From positions 14,074,001 to 14,138,000 of the forward strand of contig JAGIQG010000032.1 of the NCBI GenBank assembly GCA_024679065.1: a DNA stretch of 64,000 nt, in the 5' to 3' direction. The position numbers were made by a program, and so were the translations under genes. Within the stretch, counting starts at the first letter, position 1. Each line of letters opens with the position of its first letter. Source of the DNA: Sphyrna mokarran (Eukaryota). Under the pieces are notes generated by a model. The model was not told the DNA's origin and did not search any database. It was given only the letters and a program-made list of their open reading frames with translations. Shown here piece after piece: positions 62,666-64,000 of the stretch.

Positions 62666-64000
62666 GCAAGGCCACTTATTGTAACCCATGATTAAACATA
62701 AAACTATTTAAGAAAAATTGCTTAACCAGTTTTGTTGTTTCCTTCAAAAAAAAATCTGAAGTCGCATAAGCATATGCAATTTCACTGTCTTCAAATAAAA
62801 TGTGACACGGATGCCACTGAAAATCTTTAATGCTAAACCTTTTATTGATTTAGGAAAATAAAACTACTAGTACACCTCTATGCCAGACAGTGCACTGCAG
62901 ATCTGTCAGTGAGGTAATTTAATAAATCATCGACTCAAGCAGCTAAACAACAGGCAACCTGCAGTCACCATTTTGAGCAAGTGTGTGGATGTGTCACAAT
63001 ATTGCCAAAGATAAACATCCAAAAAATGAACTGCCTGGTCACCTGGACAGCTCATTGAATTACAGGAAGCCACCTTCAGAGACAGGTTTTGGTCCTCAGC
63101 CTGGCCCAGCTCACTGTGACAGCACAGCACATCCCCTTCAAACAAATACTTGATCACACAAAGTAACTCTCACAATTAGCCTGAACCATGAAAATTGCAT
63201 TATCAAAAGAAACAGGCAAGTTGCATTTATATGGAACACAGGATTTAAATCTTGTGAATTTTATTTTTTTATCCCCATAAAAAATAATAATCCCAAAGAA
63301 AAATTCTAATATGAAATATTATTTATTCATATTGAAAAAATGTTTACTCGAGGCTTTTTTTTAATATTATGGAAGCTTCATCTCTCTAATGTTGATCTGC
63401 CCAATTCTGCATTCTTTACTGTAGGAAACTTTTAGGGGGACTTTTGTTCTGCTTAGAATGGTATGAGCATTGCTGCTCATGTATGAGAGCTTGGACTCTG
63501 CACAGATACCTTCGTTTTCACTTTGTAACATGGAGGCAATGGTCATGATAATACAGAAGCTCAAACAACATTTGGGGACAAGAAGCATCATGATGTCTAG
63601 TGTTGATAAACATTTTGGGCAGGATTTTGCAGTCAGCTGCGAACCAATAGTAGTCAGCATTCACCTCCATAAAGCTTCCTAGGATGCTCTGGCAATTTAC
63701 ATGATGCGGATTTCCTTTTTTTTCCCCCCCCAACAGCAATTTAAATCTGGTGTCAAGTCAAGGGAGTCTCCAGACATCCAGAAGTAGTAATATCTATTAG
63801 CAGAGTAAGCAGCCACTCACACTGAAGGATTCTCATAGCTAGCAATCCAGGAAATTCAAAACATTGATTATCCTTCACTCGTAATATAAATTTTCAGAGA
63901 GCCAAATAAATAATGATTCGATTAAAAGCTAAAAAGTAACAACCTTTTTTAAAAAGTGTTCTTTTTATTTTTGTATTTTAAATATTATAATTTGACATTC

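Larger units (their letters stand above)
49686..64000 (-). other. Intron upstream of the Slo1 exon (intron 1 equivalent)
   Basis: AG acceptor at 49687-49686 with a polypyrimidine tract. No exon-1-like sequence (MWWAFLASSMVTFFGG) found upstream in the window. Confidence 0.65.

Overview
Vertebrate genomic DNA, almost certainly from a shark (HE1/V-SINEs, HER1-type CR1 LINEs, Deu-domain SINEs). The window is nearly all intron of a minus-strand Slo-family (BK) potassium channel gene. Only one host exon is visible: 49521-49685, equivalent to KCNMA1 exon 2 (DAQKIG...[26 protein letters not shown]), with clean AG/GT sites. I did not find the neighbouring exons, so the flanking introns appear to be >14 kb and >49 kb. 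The rest is layered retroelement debris: many CR1 LINEs (one young 5'-truncated copy with an intact 516-aa RT ORF), Rex-Babar, Tx1 and L2 remnants, several SINE families, two LTR-like elements, Harbinger-type MITEs and Penelope-type terminal fragments. Three observations stand out. (1) Two different CR1 subfamilies share a composite 3' UTR: a ~122-nt three-way-junction RNA with compensatory substitutions followed by a captured SINE. (2) A 147-bp element flanked by a target-site duplication carries an intact minimal hammerhead ribozyme core on the host-gene strand. (3) There is a tandem pair of U2 snRNA-derived repeat units. Repeat family names come from recall and pattern recognition, not database searches, and boundaries of old repeats are approximate.
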